NCBI GenBank assembly: GCA_018819325.1 | Contig: JAHJQJ010000031.1 | Span: 1-42,158, forward strand | Reading direction: 5' to 3' | Origin: Patescibacteria group bacterium | GTDB taxonomy: Bacteria > Patescibacteriota > Microgenomatia > UBA1400 > MFAQ01 | Length of the DNA: 42,158 nucleotides | Part shown: positions 9,313-18,557 of the stretch, one piece after another | How positions within the stretch are numbered: the stretch's first letter is position 1 | Layout of the letters: every line of letters starts with the position of its first letter | The notes under the pieces: generated by a model | The model's database searches: none | The model's input: only the letters and a program-made list of their open reading frames with translations | Told to the model about the DNA's origin: nothing | Made by a program: the position numbers and the translations under genes

Positions 9313-9352
9313 GAGAGTTATTATAGCTGTAAATTGATGGTAGAATGCCCAT

Positions 9353-9781
9353 ATGATATTGATTGCTCACAGGGGAAACCTAAAAGGACGAAATATAAAG
9401 GAGGAGAATGAACCTGGATATGTGGGCAAGGCTTTGGAAAAAGGTTTTGATGTTGAGATTGATGTTTGGTTTAAAGATAATGGTTGGTGGTTGGGTCACG
9501 ATGAACCACAATATAAGACAAATTTAGAATTCTTAAAAACCAAGGGTTTGTGGTGTCATGCAAAAAACTTGTCTGCTTTAGAAAAAATGCTTGAGAACAA
9601 GGTTCATTGTTTTTGGCATGAGGAAGATGAAAGAGTGCTAACATCTAAAGGGTTTGTCTGGACATACCCCGGTAAAGCTTTGGGTAAAAATTCTATTGCG
9701 GTGATGCCGGAGCAAGTGAGCGGTTGGGATATTTCTAAGGCTTTGGGAGTTTGCAGTGATAATTTAATGAAATATAAATAA
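9353..9781 (+). CDS. Small glycerophosphodiester-phosphodiesterase-like (GDPD/PLC-like) protein
   Basis: LIAHRGN...EN...GFDVEIDVW...GHDEP resembles the N-terminal catalytic half of GDPD enzymes. Only 142 aa. Confidence 0.45.
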   Translation: MILIAHRGNLKGRNIKEENEPGYVGKALEKGFDVEIDVWFKDNGWWLGHDEPQYKTNLEFLKTKGLWCHAKNLSALEKMLENKVHCFWHEEDERVLTSKGFVWTYPGKALGKNSIAVMPEQVSGWDISKALGVCSDNLMKYK

Positions 9782-10104
9782 TGAAGATTAATAAATTAAA
9801 GAACATGAAGGGCGGGTGGTTTGTGGGTGATTTTGTGCCAAGTGTGTTTAGAACCAAGGATTTTGAGGTGGCGTATATGACTCACTATAAGGGTCAGGAA
9901 TGGCCGAAGCATTATCATAAAGTAGCGAGTGAGATTAATTATTTAATTAGAGGAAAGATGAAGATAAATAGAGAGATATTGGAGGAAGGGGATATTTTCG
10001 TGATTGAGCCTGGGGAGGTGGTAAAGCCTGAATTTATGAGTGACTGTGAGTTAATAGTGGTTAAAACGCCAAGTGTGGTAGGAGATAAATATGAGATTGA
10101 ATAG
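9781..10104 (+). CDS. Cupin-fold protein
   Basis: 107 aa with HYHK...E...GD...P.G pattern typical of small cupins. Its start overlaps the upstream stop codon. Confidence 0.45.
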   Translation: MKINKLKNMKGGWFVGDFVPSVFRTKDFEVAYMTHYKGQEWPKHYHKVASEINYLIRGKMKINREILEEGDIFVIEPGEVVKPEFMSDCELIVVKTPSVVGDKYEIE

Positions 10105-11269
10105 AAAGAAATACAACAAAAATAAGTATCTGGTGGTGGAGTATTTTTTGCAGTCTAAGACCAGTTTGCAAGAGGCGGCTTGGGCGATTGCGGTGGGACA
10201 AAGTATTGGTAATCCCAATGTGCGTAATGGTTGGGAGACAAAGGAGTTGGTTGAAAAACATGTGGCGTTGATATTGGCAGAAAAAGAAAAGTTAGAGAAG
10301 GAAAAACAGGGAAGAGTGAAAATTGCTTTTCCTTTGGCGAATATTAACCTGAAGGAAGATGGAGTGAGTCAGTTGTTGGTGCAGATAATGGGGGGGCAGT
10401 TGGATATAGGGATAATTAACAAGTGTTTTGTAGAGGATATTGAATTACCAAATGATTTTAGGTTTTTTAAGCCCAAATTTGGCGTTGAAGGGATTAGAAA
10501 GTTCACAGAAGTTTATAACAAGCCTTTGTTGGGAGGAATAATAAAACCCAAGGTGGGGTTGAGGCCAAAACAGTTGTTGGAAGTGGTTAAAGAAATGGTG
10601 GAAGGCGGGGTTAATTTTATTAAGGAAGACGAGATAATGGCTAACCCTGATTGTTGCCCATTGGAAGAACGAGTAAGTTTAGTGATGAAGTACTTGAAAG
10701 GTAAAAGGGTGATATATGCGGTGTGTGTGAACGGGGATTATCCGTATGTAATTGATAGGGTGAAAAAGGTTTATAAACTGGGTGGTAACGCGGTGCATGT
10801 GAACTGGTGGGCTGGTTTTGGGGTGTATAAGGCTATTAGAGAGTTGGATTTGCCTTTGTTTTTGTTTTTTCAGAAAAGTGGGGATAAGATAATTACTAAC
10901 GAGAAACACGCGTTTCATATTAAATGGAAGGTGATGTGTAAGTTGGCGGGCATGATGGGGGTGGACATGATTCATGCCGGTATGTGGGGAGGGTATTTAA
11001 GTGATGATCAAAAGAGTTTGAAAGAAATAATGGATGAGTTGTCTAGTCTGGGTGTGTTACCGTCTTTGAGTTGTGGGATGCACCCTGGTTTGGTGGGGGT
11101 TGTAAGCAAAAAATTTGGGGTGGATTACTTGGCTAACGTAGGTGGGGCGATTCATGGCCACCCGGGTGGTACCAAGGCTGGGGCGATGGCTATGAGACAG
11201 GCGATTGATGGGGTGGAAGGCAAAGAGTATGGTTTGGCGGTAAAAAAATGGGGGAAAGTTGCATTTTAA
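10091..11269 (+). CDS. RuBisCO large-subunit superfamily protein, probably a RuBisCO-like protein (form IV-like)
   Basis: GGIIKPKVGL (K175/K177 equivalents), GGVNFIKEDE (K201, D203, E204 equivalents) and GGAIHGHPGGTKAGAMAMRQA. By eye alignment, the E60/T65/W66 region reads AVGQSIGNP, the N123 region reads MGG, the H294-R295 region reads FFQKSG, and the K334 position is GG. Confidence 0.7.
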   Translation: MRLNRKKYNKNKYLVVEYFLQSKTSLQEAAWAIAVGQSIGNPNVRNGWETKELVEKHVALILAEKEKLEKEKQGRVKIAFPLANINLKEDGVSQLLVQIMGGQLDIGIINKCFVEDIELPNDFRFFKPKFGVEGIRKFTEVYNKPLLGGIIKPKVGLRPKQLLEVVKEMVEGGVNFIKEDEIMANPDCCPLEERVSLVMKYLKGKRVIYAVCVNGDYPYVIDRVKKVYKLGGNAVHVNWWAGFGVYKAIRELDLPLFLFFQKSGDKIITNEKHAFHIKWKVMCKLAGMMGVDMIHAGMWGGYLSDDQKSLKEIMDELSSLGVLPSLSCGMHPGLVGVVSKKFGVDYLANVGGAIHGHPGGTKAGAMAMRQAIDGVEGKEYGLAVKKWGKVAF

Positions 11270-12194
11270 TGGCTCTTAAAACAAACATTAATTGGATTTT
11301 TGCAAATTGGTAGTAATGATTTGGTTTAGTCCATAGTTGTGGAAAAACTTTTTTAGCTACTTGGTTGGCAGCAAAAACACGATTAAATTCTAGCTTGGCA
11401 AGATAAAGGTTGGTGCTGGCCAGACTCATGAAAATATTTTCTAGAATAAAGTCTTCATTGTTGGTGAAGTGTTTGATTAATTTGAAATATCGTTCTAGTT
11501 TTTCTGTTCGGTTGGCAACAGTTTTGACTGCTTTTTTAGTTTCAAAAGTTTGTTCTGGATGGGATCTGTGAAAGAAGAGAACCGATTTTTGATAATAAAG
11601 ACTTGATTTTTTGGCGATTTTTAGAAATATGTCTACGTCGGCCTCTGTTTTATATTTTTCTACGAAGGGACCAACTGATTTTAGGTTTTTAAGTTCAAAA
11701 ACGGTGGCGCCGGTAGGAGCAATAATGGGGCAGTGGTGTTTTACAAGTTGAGAAATGGTTTGAGAGGGGGGAAGATAGGTGTTTTTTGGAAAGGTGTGAT
11801 AAATAATTTTTGGTTTGTTATTGATGTCGATAATACAGATGGAGCAGTGGTAGAAGTCAGCTGGGTTGTTTTTGATGGTTTTGAGCCATACTTGATGCCA
11901 AGTGGGGGCGATGAGATCGTCACTATGTAGGAAGCTTATATGGGTGCCGGTGGCTAGTTTAATGCATTGGTTGTAGTTGCCGACCATGCCAAGATTTGTT
12001 TTGTTGCGATGGTATTTGATACCGTATTCCTTGTATTTTTTGACTACTTGGGGGGTGTCGTCGGTGGAGGCGTTGTCTATAACTATGACTTGGTGAGGGC
12101 GGGTGGTTTGAGCAATTACGCTTTGCAGAGTTTGGTCTAGTAGGTCGGCGCGGTTAAAGGTTGGAATAGTAAGGGAAATTTTGATTTTATTCAT
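11190..12194 (-). CDS. Family 2 glycosyltransferase
   Basis: ISLTIPTFNRA, VIVIDNASTDDT, ISFLHSDD. The 3' end overlaps the convergent RLP gene by 80 nt. Confidence 0.8.
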   Translation of the reverse strand: MNKIKISLTIPTFNRADLLDQTLQSVIAQTTRPHQVIVIDNASTDDTPQVVKKYKEYGIKYHRNKTNLGMVGNYNQCIKLATGTHISFLHSDDLIAPTWHQVWLKTIKNNPADFYHCSICIIDINNKPKIIYHTFPKNTYLPPSQTISQLVKHHCPIIAPTGATVFELKNLKSVGPFVEKYKTEADVDIFLKIAKKSSLYYQKSVLFFHRSHPEQTFETKKAVKTVANRTEKLERYFKLIKHFTNNEDFILENIFMSLASTNLYLAKLEFNRVFAANQVAKKVFPQLWTKPNHYYQFAKIQLMFVLRAIKMQLSPIFLPPNHTLCLPPHQSPVS

Positions 12195-13069
12195 TGAAGC
12201 AAGTATTGTTTTAGGAAGATTTTTTGGAGTTTGGGGTTAACAACCTGCCTTTTTTTAAGAGCAGGAAAGGGGTTAAGCCAACCGGAAAGGTAGCCAGAAA
12301 GACCGTAAAATAGAGCTTTAATTGAACGGCGGCGGAGGGGTAAAAGTAGGATCCAGATTAGGTCGCGGGCGATGAGAAGGGGGATGAATTTAGCGGAGAA
12401 ATGCTTGAGATTGAGCCAAACTTTGTTGCGGGCGCTTAGAATGATGAGATTTTTTCTTAAGGTGGCGGAGGGTTTTTCGAAGTGGTCGACAACTATGTCT
12501 TTTTGGAAGCTGATACTTAGGTTTTGGTTTAGGGTTCTTAGGCCAAAATCGTCTTCGTGGATCCAGCAGAAAAAGTCTTGGTCGTAGTAACCTATTTTTT
12601 TGAAAGCCTTTTTTCTAAAAACACAGGCGCCGGTGGAGAAATTAAGGATGTGGGCTTTTCTTTGGTTGGTTTGAGCTTCTGCATAAAAGCTGTTGGTTAA
12701 GGGATTGAAGCGGGTGAGAGATAAAACGGCTGTTTTGCTGGGTTGGTTTTGGAAGCAGGTAACTATTTTTTGCAAGGTGTGTTTTCTTATGCCAGAGTCG
12801 TCGTCTAGGCTTAGGATATATTTACCCTGGGCGTTTATATAGCCGATGTTAAAACCTAGCATGCCGGTGTTTTGGGGCATGATAATAAAGGTAATTTTGG
12901 GAAATCTGGTTTTGATTGTGGAGGCAAGGTGGGGGTTGAGGCTATTATCTACCACAATAATTTCGAAGTTTTTGTAAGTGGATTGGTAAACGGAGTTTAT
13001 TAGACGAATAAGAGAACGGGTGCGATGGGGGCTGGCGACGGTGACGATGGAGATTAAGGGACAAGTCAT
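12191..13069 (-). CDS. Family 2 glycosyltransferase
   Basis: ISIVTVASPH, IIVVDNS, ILSLDDDS. Start placed at ATG 13069 (MTCPLISIV), preceded by TATAAT-N6; the longest ORF start is 13108. Confidence 0.75.
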   Translation of the reverse strand: MTCPLISIVTVASPHRTRSLIRLINSVYQSTYKNFEIIVVDNSLNPHLASTIKTRFPKITFIIMPQNTGMLGFNIGYINAQGKYILSLDDDSGIRKHTLQKIVTCFQNQPSKTAVLSLTRFNPLTNSFYAEAQTNQRKAHILNFSTGACVFRKKAFKKIGYYDQDFFCWIHEDDFGLRTLNQNLSISFQKDIVVDHFEKPSATLRKNLIILSARNKVWLNLKHFSAKFIPLLIARDLIWILLLPLRRRSIKALFYGLSGYLSGWLNPFPALKKRQVVNPKLQKIFLKQYLLQ

Positions 13070-13075
13070 AGAGAT

Positions 13076-13081
13076 ATTATA
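13076..13081 (-). promoter_or_regulatory. -10 box TATAAT, 6 nt upstream of ATG 13069 (candidate leaderless promoter)
   Basis: The minus strand reads TATAAT-ATCTCT-ATG. No Shine-Dalgarno sequence is possible in that spacing. Confidence 0.4.
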
Positions 13082-13094
13082 GCGTGGTGGGTGA

Positions 13095-13100
13095 TATAAT
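13095..13100 (+). promoter_or_regulatory. Extended -10 box (TGaTATAAT), 6 nt upstream of ATG 13107 (candidate leaderless promoter)
   Basis: The plus strand reads TGATATAAT-TTGGCC-ATG, mirroring the divergent promoter. Confidence 0.4.
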
Positions 13101-13106
13101 TTGGCC

Positions 13107-13853
13107 ATGCGAGATGGACGATTAAAAAAAATGCGTAAAAAACCTAAGGTGGTAGTGGTTTTGCCGGCTTACAATGCCGAAAAGACCCTGGAAAAGACGG
13201 TGAGAGATATTCCTAAAAATGTGGTGGGTGAGATCATTTTGGTTGACGATAGTAGCGTGGACAAAACGGTGGCCTTGGCTAGAAAGCTGAAACTTAAGGT
13301 TACCAAGCACAAACAAAACAAGGGTTATGGAGGCAACCAGAAGACTTGTTACCGACTGGCTCTTAAGAGTGGGGCGGATATTGTGGTGATGATTCACCCT
13401 GATTATCAGTATGATCCGCGGCTGATTAAACACTTTGTGGAGTTTATTAGAGATGGATATTTTGACGTGATGTTGGGGTCGAGGATTCGTACCCGAAGAG
13501 AGGCACTGGAAGGTGGAATGCCGGTTTATAAATACTTGGGTAACAGGGTCTTGACCTTTTTGGAGAACTTAGTTAGTGGTCAGAGTTTGTCGGAGTGGCA
13601 CACAGGGATGAGGGCTTACAGGCGAGAGGTGCTGGAGGCGATTGATTTTAAGGGAAATTCTGATGATTTTGTGTTTGATAGCCAGGTGTTATTTCAGATT
13701 GTTGAAAAAGGTTTTCAAATTGGAGAAATTCCTGTGCCGGTGCGTTATTTTGCTGAGGCCTCTAGCATTGATTTTTGGCGTAGTGTTAAGTATGGTTTGG
13801 GGACGGTGGAGGTGGCGATGAATTATTGGTTTAGACAACGCAATAATGGCTAG
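13107..13853 (+). CDS. Family 2 glycosyltransferase (dolichyl/polyprenyl-phosphate sugar synthase-like)
   Basis: [35 protein letters not shown]. Alternative starts are TTG 13101 and ATG 13131. Confidence 0.8.
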   Translation: MRDGRLKKMRKKPKVVVVLPAYNAEKTLEKTVRDIPKNVVGEIILVDDSSVDKTVALARKLKLKVTKHKQNKGYGGNQKTCYRLALKSGADIVVMIHPDYQYDPRLIKHFVEFIRDGYFDVMLGSRIRTRREALEGGMPVYKYLGNRVLTFLENLVSGQSLSEWHTGMRAYRREVLEAIDFKGNSDDFVFDSQVLFQIVEKGFQIGEIPVPVRYFAEASSIDFWRSVKYGLGTVEVAMNYWFRQRNNG

Positions 13854-15216
13854 GGTGTTGTTGGTTAGTTTACCTTCGAAGAAACTGGTGTATTTGGAAA
13901 CTAATGTGCGGGTGGGGGCTCCGAGTTACCCTTGTTTGACGTTGGCAACTTTGGCGGGGCACTTGGTTGGGAAACATAAAGTAAGAGTGGTTGACTTGGA
14001 CTTGGTGGTGGATGCCTGGACAGAACTTAAGCGGCAAGTTAGATATTTTAAACCAGAAGTGATGGTGGTATCGGCTAAGACACCAGTTTATCCGATAGCG
14101 GTGGAGCTTATAACGAGATTGAAAGAGGCTTATCCTAAAATTACTACCATAATTGGCGGGGTGCACGCTACCATTTGTCAGAAGGAAGTCTTGGCTGAGG
14201 GTTGTTTTGATATTGTGGTAGTAGGAGAGGCGGATTTTGCTTTAGAAACGATATTGAAAGAAAAGAATTTGGGGAAGTTTAAGGGAAAGATTTTTAAAGA
14301 TAAAAAAAGCCCGATTAAGAATTTGAATGATCTGCCTCTGCCAGCGTGGGGGTTATTTGATTTGGAGAAGTATAAAAACTCGAGGTTGTCTTGCCGGAAA
14401 AACCCGGCTGGTTTGATGGAGACGAGCAGGGGTTGTGCATATAGTTGTAATTTCTGCTGCAAGGATATCTTTGGAACGGCCTACCGGATGAAAAGTGTTA
14501 AGAGGGTGGTTGACGAGATGGAGTATATGCTTGAGTGTGGGTTTAAGGAGATTCATATAGCTGACGACAGTTTTACCCAAGATATTGATAGAGCTAAAAA
14601 GATTTGCCTGGAAATTATTAGGCGAGGGCTAAAATTCCCTTGGTCTTTGATAAACGGGATTAGGGTGAATTTTACCGATAGGGAATTTTTTAGGTTGGCC
14701 AAGAAGGCTGGTTGTTGGCAGACGGGGTTTGGGATCGAGTCGGGTGATCAAAAGGTGCTTGACGGGGTGGGTAAGGGGATAAAGTTAGCTCAGATTAGAA
14801 AGGCGGTGAGGCAGGCTGAAGAGGAAGGAATCGAGAGTTTTGGGTTTTTTATTTTAGGGCTTTTGGGGGAGACGGAAAAGTCGATGGAGAAAACGATTAA
14901 GTTTGCTAAAAGTTTGCCGTTGTCGACGGCTAAGTTTGATTTGTGTATTCCCTATCCGGGTACTGGTTATTACAAATTACTTAAGGCACAGGGGAGAATT
15001 TTGAGCTGGGATTGGCTGGAGTACAGGTTACATCAGATTAAAAAACCGCTGTTTAAGCACGAAAATCTGGATTGGGAAACGATAGGTAAGTATTATAAAA
15101 AGGCATTTAGACAGTTTTATCTTAGGCCTGCGTATATTTGGAGGCGGTTGAAAAGGGATTTGATTAAGGGGGATTTATGGTATGACTTTGGTTATTTATT
15201 GAGGTCGAGATGGTAG
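13846..15216 (+). CDS. B12-binding-domain radical SAM enzyme
   Basis: N-terminal Rossmann-like B12-binding region (RVLLVSLPS...VVVGEADF) followed by the radical SAM cluster motif [14 protein letters not shown] (CxxxCxxC). Confidence 0.75.
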   Translation: MARVLLVSLPSKKLVYLETNVRVGAPSYPCLTLATLAGHLVGKHKVRVVDLDLVVDAWTELKRQVRYFKPEVMVVSAKTPVYPIAVELITRLKEAYPKITTIIGGVHATICQKEVLAEGCFDIVVVGEADFALETILKEKNLGKFKGKIFKDKKSPIKNLNDLPLPAWGLFDLEKYKNSRLSCRKNPAGLMETSRGCAYSCNFCCKDIFGTAYRMKSVKRVVDEMEYMLECGFKEIHIADDSFTQDIDRAKKICLEIIRRGLKFPWSLINGIRVNFTDREFFRLAKKAGCWQTGFGIESGDQKVLDGVGKGIKLAQIRKAVRQAEEEGIESFGFFILGLLGETEKSMEKTIKFAKSLPLSTAKFDLCIPYPGTGYYKLLKAQGRILSWDWLEYRLHQIKKPLFKHENLDWETIGKYYKKAFRQFYLRPAYIWRRLKRDLIKGDLWYDFGYLLRSRW

Positions 15217-16127
15217 TAAAAAGATGTCTACACCGAAGGGCAAGGGTTTATATCAATTTTGAGAAGGAGAGGTTGTTTAAGTGTGAGCTGTGTGGTTTGG
15301 TTTTTAATCGGGTCATGAAGACAAAACCTGAAAAACTTTATAAAAACTATTACCGAAATGAGATTGGTGGTCGATTTGGCTTGGGAATCGAATCTGTGAT
15401 TAAAATGTTTAGGTTTTTTAGAGCTTTTAAAGTGTGGTTGATTGTTGGACGGTTGGACAGATCTGTTTTGGATGTAGGTAGCGGGAGAGGGTTTATGCTT
15501 TATTATTTAAGAAAGTATTTTGGTTTTAAGAAAGTAGTTGGAACACAAATCTCTAAGCCGGCCCTGGAGTTTTCTAGGCGACGTTTGGGGTTGACAGTTT
15601 ATGACGGAGACTTAATAAAATTAAAATTACCCAGTGGAAGTTTTAACGTAATAACCATTTGGCACGTTTTGGAGCACGTAAAGGACCCCGAAGGTTATTT
15701 GGCCGAGATGCGTCGTTTGTTAAAAAGGGGAGGAAAATTAGTGGTAGAGGTGCCTAATTTTGCGTCTTGGACGAGGAAGTGGACGGGTTGTTATTGGTTA
15801 GGACTGGACTTGAAGTATCATTTGAGTTTTTTTGACTATGAAAGTTTGGAGGGGTTATTAGAAAAATATGGATTTATGGTTAAAAAACGGCATAATTTTT
15901 CTTTGGAGTACTCTAGTTTTATTTCTAGTCAGAGTATTATTAGCTGGTTGACTAAGTCCGATCAAGTTTTTTTTAATTGGTTGCAGAAGCCTGATTGGGA
16001 TTGGCGGATTTTGTTTTATGGAAGTTTGTTCTTGGTTTTGATGCCGTTGTGTTTTTTGGTTAATATTTTGTTATATTTCTCTAACAGGGGTGAGGTGTTG
16101 CTATTAGTGGCAGAAAAATTAAAATGA
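15210..16127 (+). CDS. Class I SAM-dependent methyltransferase with C-terminal membrane helices
   Basis: Motif I VLDVGSGRGF, plus FNVITIWHVLEHV and LKRGGKLVVEVP. Confidence 0.75.
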   Translation: MVVKRCLHRRARVYINFEKERLFKCELCGLVFNRVMKTKPEKLYKNYYRNEIGGRFGLGIESVIKMFRFFRAFKVWLIVGRLDRSVLDVGSGRGFMLYYLRKYFGFKKVVGTQISKPALEFSRRRLGLTVYDGDLIKLKLPSGSFNVITIWHVLEHVKDPEGYLAEMRRLLKRGGKLVVEVPNFASWTRKWTGCYWLGLDLKYHLSFFDYESLEGLLEKYGFMVKKRHNFSLEYSSFISSQSIISWLTKSDQVFFNWLQKPDWDWRILFYGSLFLVLMPLCFLVNILLYFSNRGEVLLLVAEKLK

Positions 16128-17674
16128 AAAAGAGATTAAAATTACTGGGGGTTTTGGGGTTGGCGCTATTTGGATTGATGTTGTTATTGGGAAATATTTC
16201 TTATCCTTTATTATGGAATGATGAGGCGGAAACAGCAGTTTATGCCCAGAGAATATTGCGTTTTGGATATCCAAAAGTTTTTGATGGTAAAAATATTTTA
16301 TATTTATTTGAACATCCAAATAAGGATTTGGCGGTCAAAGAAGGAATGGGGGCTTATATTGGTTCTGGGTGGACTCAGTATTACTTGGCGACGATAGGGG
16401 AGTTTTTTGCTGGTAAAATTAGCGATATTTATGTTAAAACGGCCTTGTTACGGCTACCCTTTGCTTTGATTGGTTTGTTGGGGGTGGTGATGATGGGTTT
16501 GGCAATAGATTGGTTGTTTAATGATAAATTACAGTTTTGGTTGGTGTTTTTGTTATTTACGGTTTCGTCGGTGCCTTTGATTTTGCATTTGCGGGAAGTG
16601 CGTTATTATTCTTTGCTTTTGTTTTTTATGGCGGGTGTTCTTTATTCTTATATTAGACATCATTTTGGTAATAAAATGAGTTACTTGAAGTATTGTTGGT
16701 GTTTGGCGGGGTGTTTGAGTTTGGTTTTTTATACTTTTTTTCCGGCATATATTATTTTGGCTGGGACGATAGTTTTGTATGAGTTGTTTGGAGAGAAAAA
16801 AATTAAAAGTTTGTTACCGATAATTATTTCTGGCCTGTTGGTGCTGCCGGGGATGATTTTTTTTGAGACATCGAGGATATCTATAGAGATATCTAGCTTT
16901 TTGGAGTTTGGCTGGTTTGATTATTTTTATCATATTTTTCAAATGATGAAATCTGCGTTAGTGTATGAGTTTTTGTTGGTGGTTTTGTTTATTAAAGTAA
17001 TTCTTTTTAAGAAAGGTTTGGATAGGGGAATAAAGGGAAGGGCGGCAGATTTTTTGGGTTTGCTGACGGTGATTTACGTTTTGTTGATTGCCAGAACTCC
17101 CTATATGTTTGAACGTTATTTTATTGTCTTACAACCGGTTTTGGTTTTGATATTGATTTTGGAAGGAGCTGGTTTGTTTGAATTGAAAAAAAAAGACTTA
17201 AAAAGAGCGTTGGTAATGGTGTTGTTACTAGGATTACCGGTTTTGGGAATAAAGGTTACCGCCTTAAGGAACAGGCTTTATGAGGTTGGAAATAGATATC
17301 TTGGTCCCCTAGATGTAGTAATTCCGTATATTAGAGCTAATTATGATAGGCCTGGTGATCTTTTGATTGCCACAAATTATGAGGAAGCGGTCTATATGTA
17401 TTATTTGGATAGTAGAATGATTGTAGGATATATTGAGAATGATTTAGAATCGGACTTGAGCCTACAGCCAGATGTGATTGTTCCGCGGCGGAAGTGGAAA
17501 AGAAATTTAGAGGCGCTTGATAAACTTAGGCAGAGAGGTGACTATAAACAAGTATTGTTTTCTGTGTTTGATAGTATTACCAATAGTATTCCAGAAACGT
17601 CGAGCCATTTATATAAAACCAGACTGACTAAAGATAAAGCCGAAATGAGCAGGATTTATATAAGACGGGATTGA
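16124..17674 (+). CDS. GT-C-type (ArnT/PMT-like) integral membrane glycosyltransferase candidate
   Basis: At least 10 hydrophobic helices, a first-loop WNDEAETAVYAQ (acidic DE motif) and a soluble C-terminal domain. Confidence 0.5.
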   Translation: MKKRLKLLGVLGLALFGLMLLLGNISYPLLWNDEAETAVYAQRILRFGYPKVFDGKNILYLFEHPNKDLAVKEGMGAYIGSGWTQYYLATIGEFFAGKISDIYVKTALLRLPFALIGLLGVVMMGLAIDWLFNDKLQFWLVFLLFTVSSVPLILHLREVRYYSLLLFFMAGVLYSYIRHHFGNKMSYLKYCWCLAGCLSLVFYTFFPAYIILAGTIVLYELFGEKKIKSLLPIIISGLLVLPGMIFFETSRISIEISSFLEFGWFDYFYHIFQMMKSALVYEFLLVVLFIKVILFKKGLDRGIKGRAADFLGLLTVIYVLLIARTPYMFERYFIVLQPVLVLILILEGAGLFELKKKDLKRALVMVLLLGLPVLGIKVTALRNRLYEVGNRYLGPLDVVIPYIRANYDRPGDLLIATNYEEAVYMYYLDSRMIVGYIENDLESDLSLQPDVIVPRRKWKRNLEALDKLRQRGDYKQVLFSVFDSITNSIPETSSHLYKTRLTKDKAEMSRIYIRRD

Positions 17675-17768
17675 TGATTATATATAATGACGGACGTGGA
17701 TGAGGGAAACAGGTGGATTATTAGGGGTGAGAAAAACTAGGCGATGCTTTGTGGTTTAAAATTGAGTA

Positions 17769-18557
17769 ATGAGGATGTATTGTGTTGTTTGTGGTGAGAA
17801 GTCAGATAAGAATAAGTTTATTTTTAGAAAGATATTGACTGATGGTTTGGTTTTGGATTGGGGTTTGACTGATAAACAAAGGCGGGGAAGAGACGAGAAA
17901 GAGTCTATGTTTTGCCCGGTGTGTAGCAGTTCAATGAGGTCTAGGGCTTTGGCTAGGGGAATAATGGAATCAAGATTTTTTAAGGGCGTAAATAACTTGA
18001 CTGAGTGGGTGGAAGTGGCTTCTAAAGTTGGGCTTAAGGTGGCGGAGATAAATTATTGTGGTGATTTGCACCCTATATTGAATAAACTACCTGGTTTGGT
18101 TCTGAGCCAGTATAGCGAGGTTAGTTTTAGGGCTAGGTTTTTTAATTGGTTGAAAGGAGTTAAAAAGGAGGATATTACAAACCTTTCATACGAAGATAAT
18201 AGTTTTGACTTGGTAGTTCATAGTGAAGTTTTAGAACATGTATATGATGTGGACAGGGCCTTAAGTGAGTGTGGGAGGATATTGAAACCTAATGGGGTTT
18301 GTGTGTTTACCATACCGGTAATAATGAGAAGAAAGACGATTAAAAGAGCAGAGGTTGATAGAGAAACTGGTGAGATTAAGTACTTGCTTAAACCTTCATA
18401 TCACGGATCTGGAGAAAAGAATAATTTAGTTTTTTGGGAATTTGGAGGTGATTTTATAAAGAATAGAGGGTTGAAAGTGTTGTTTGGGTCTTCCCAAAAC
18501 GGTGTGTATGTTTTTATTATTAACAAAGGTGAGACCTTGGTTAAGAATCGAGGATGA
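17769..18557 (+). CDS. Class I SAM-dependent methyltransferase with N-terminal Cys-pair zinc-ribbon-like motifs
   Basis: CVVCGE...CPVCSS, then NSFDLVVHSEVLEHV and LKPNGVCVFTIP. The last 9 codons are encoded by a REP-B copy. Confidence 0.7.
   Translation: MRMYCVVCGEKSDKNKFIFRKILTDGLVLDWGLTDKQRRGRDEKESMFCPVCSSSMRSRALARGIMESRFFKGVNNLTEWVEVASKVGLKVAEINYCGDLHPILNKLPGLVLSQYSEVSFRARFFNWLKGVKKEDITNLSYEDNSFDLVVHSEVLEHVYDVDRALSECGRILKPNGVCVFTIPVIMRRKTIKRAEVDRETGEIKYLLKPSYHGSGEKNNLVFWEFGGDFIKNRGLKVLFGSSQNGVYVFIINKGETLVKNRG
18520..18544 (+). repeat. REP-B palindrome copy (TTAACAAAGGTGAGACCTTGGTTAA)
   Basis: Contains the stop codon of RAYT-2 (minus strand) and the 3' end of the methyltransferase gene (plus strand). 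Confidence 0.85.

Noticed and set aside
10091-11269. Bona fide CO2-fixing or AMP-salvage RuBisCO (form II/III or III-like, as known in CPR)
   Set aside because: By eye alignment, several catalytic positions (the E60, N123, H294/R295 and K334 equivalents) are substituted, the N-terminal domain is short, and no AMP phosphorylase or R15P isomerase genes are adjacent. It is called an RLP instead. This needs a proper alignment.
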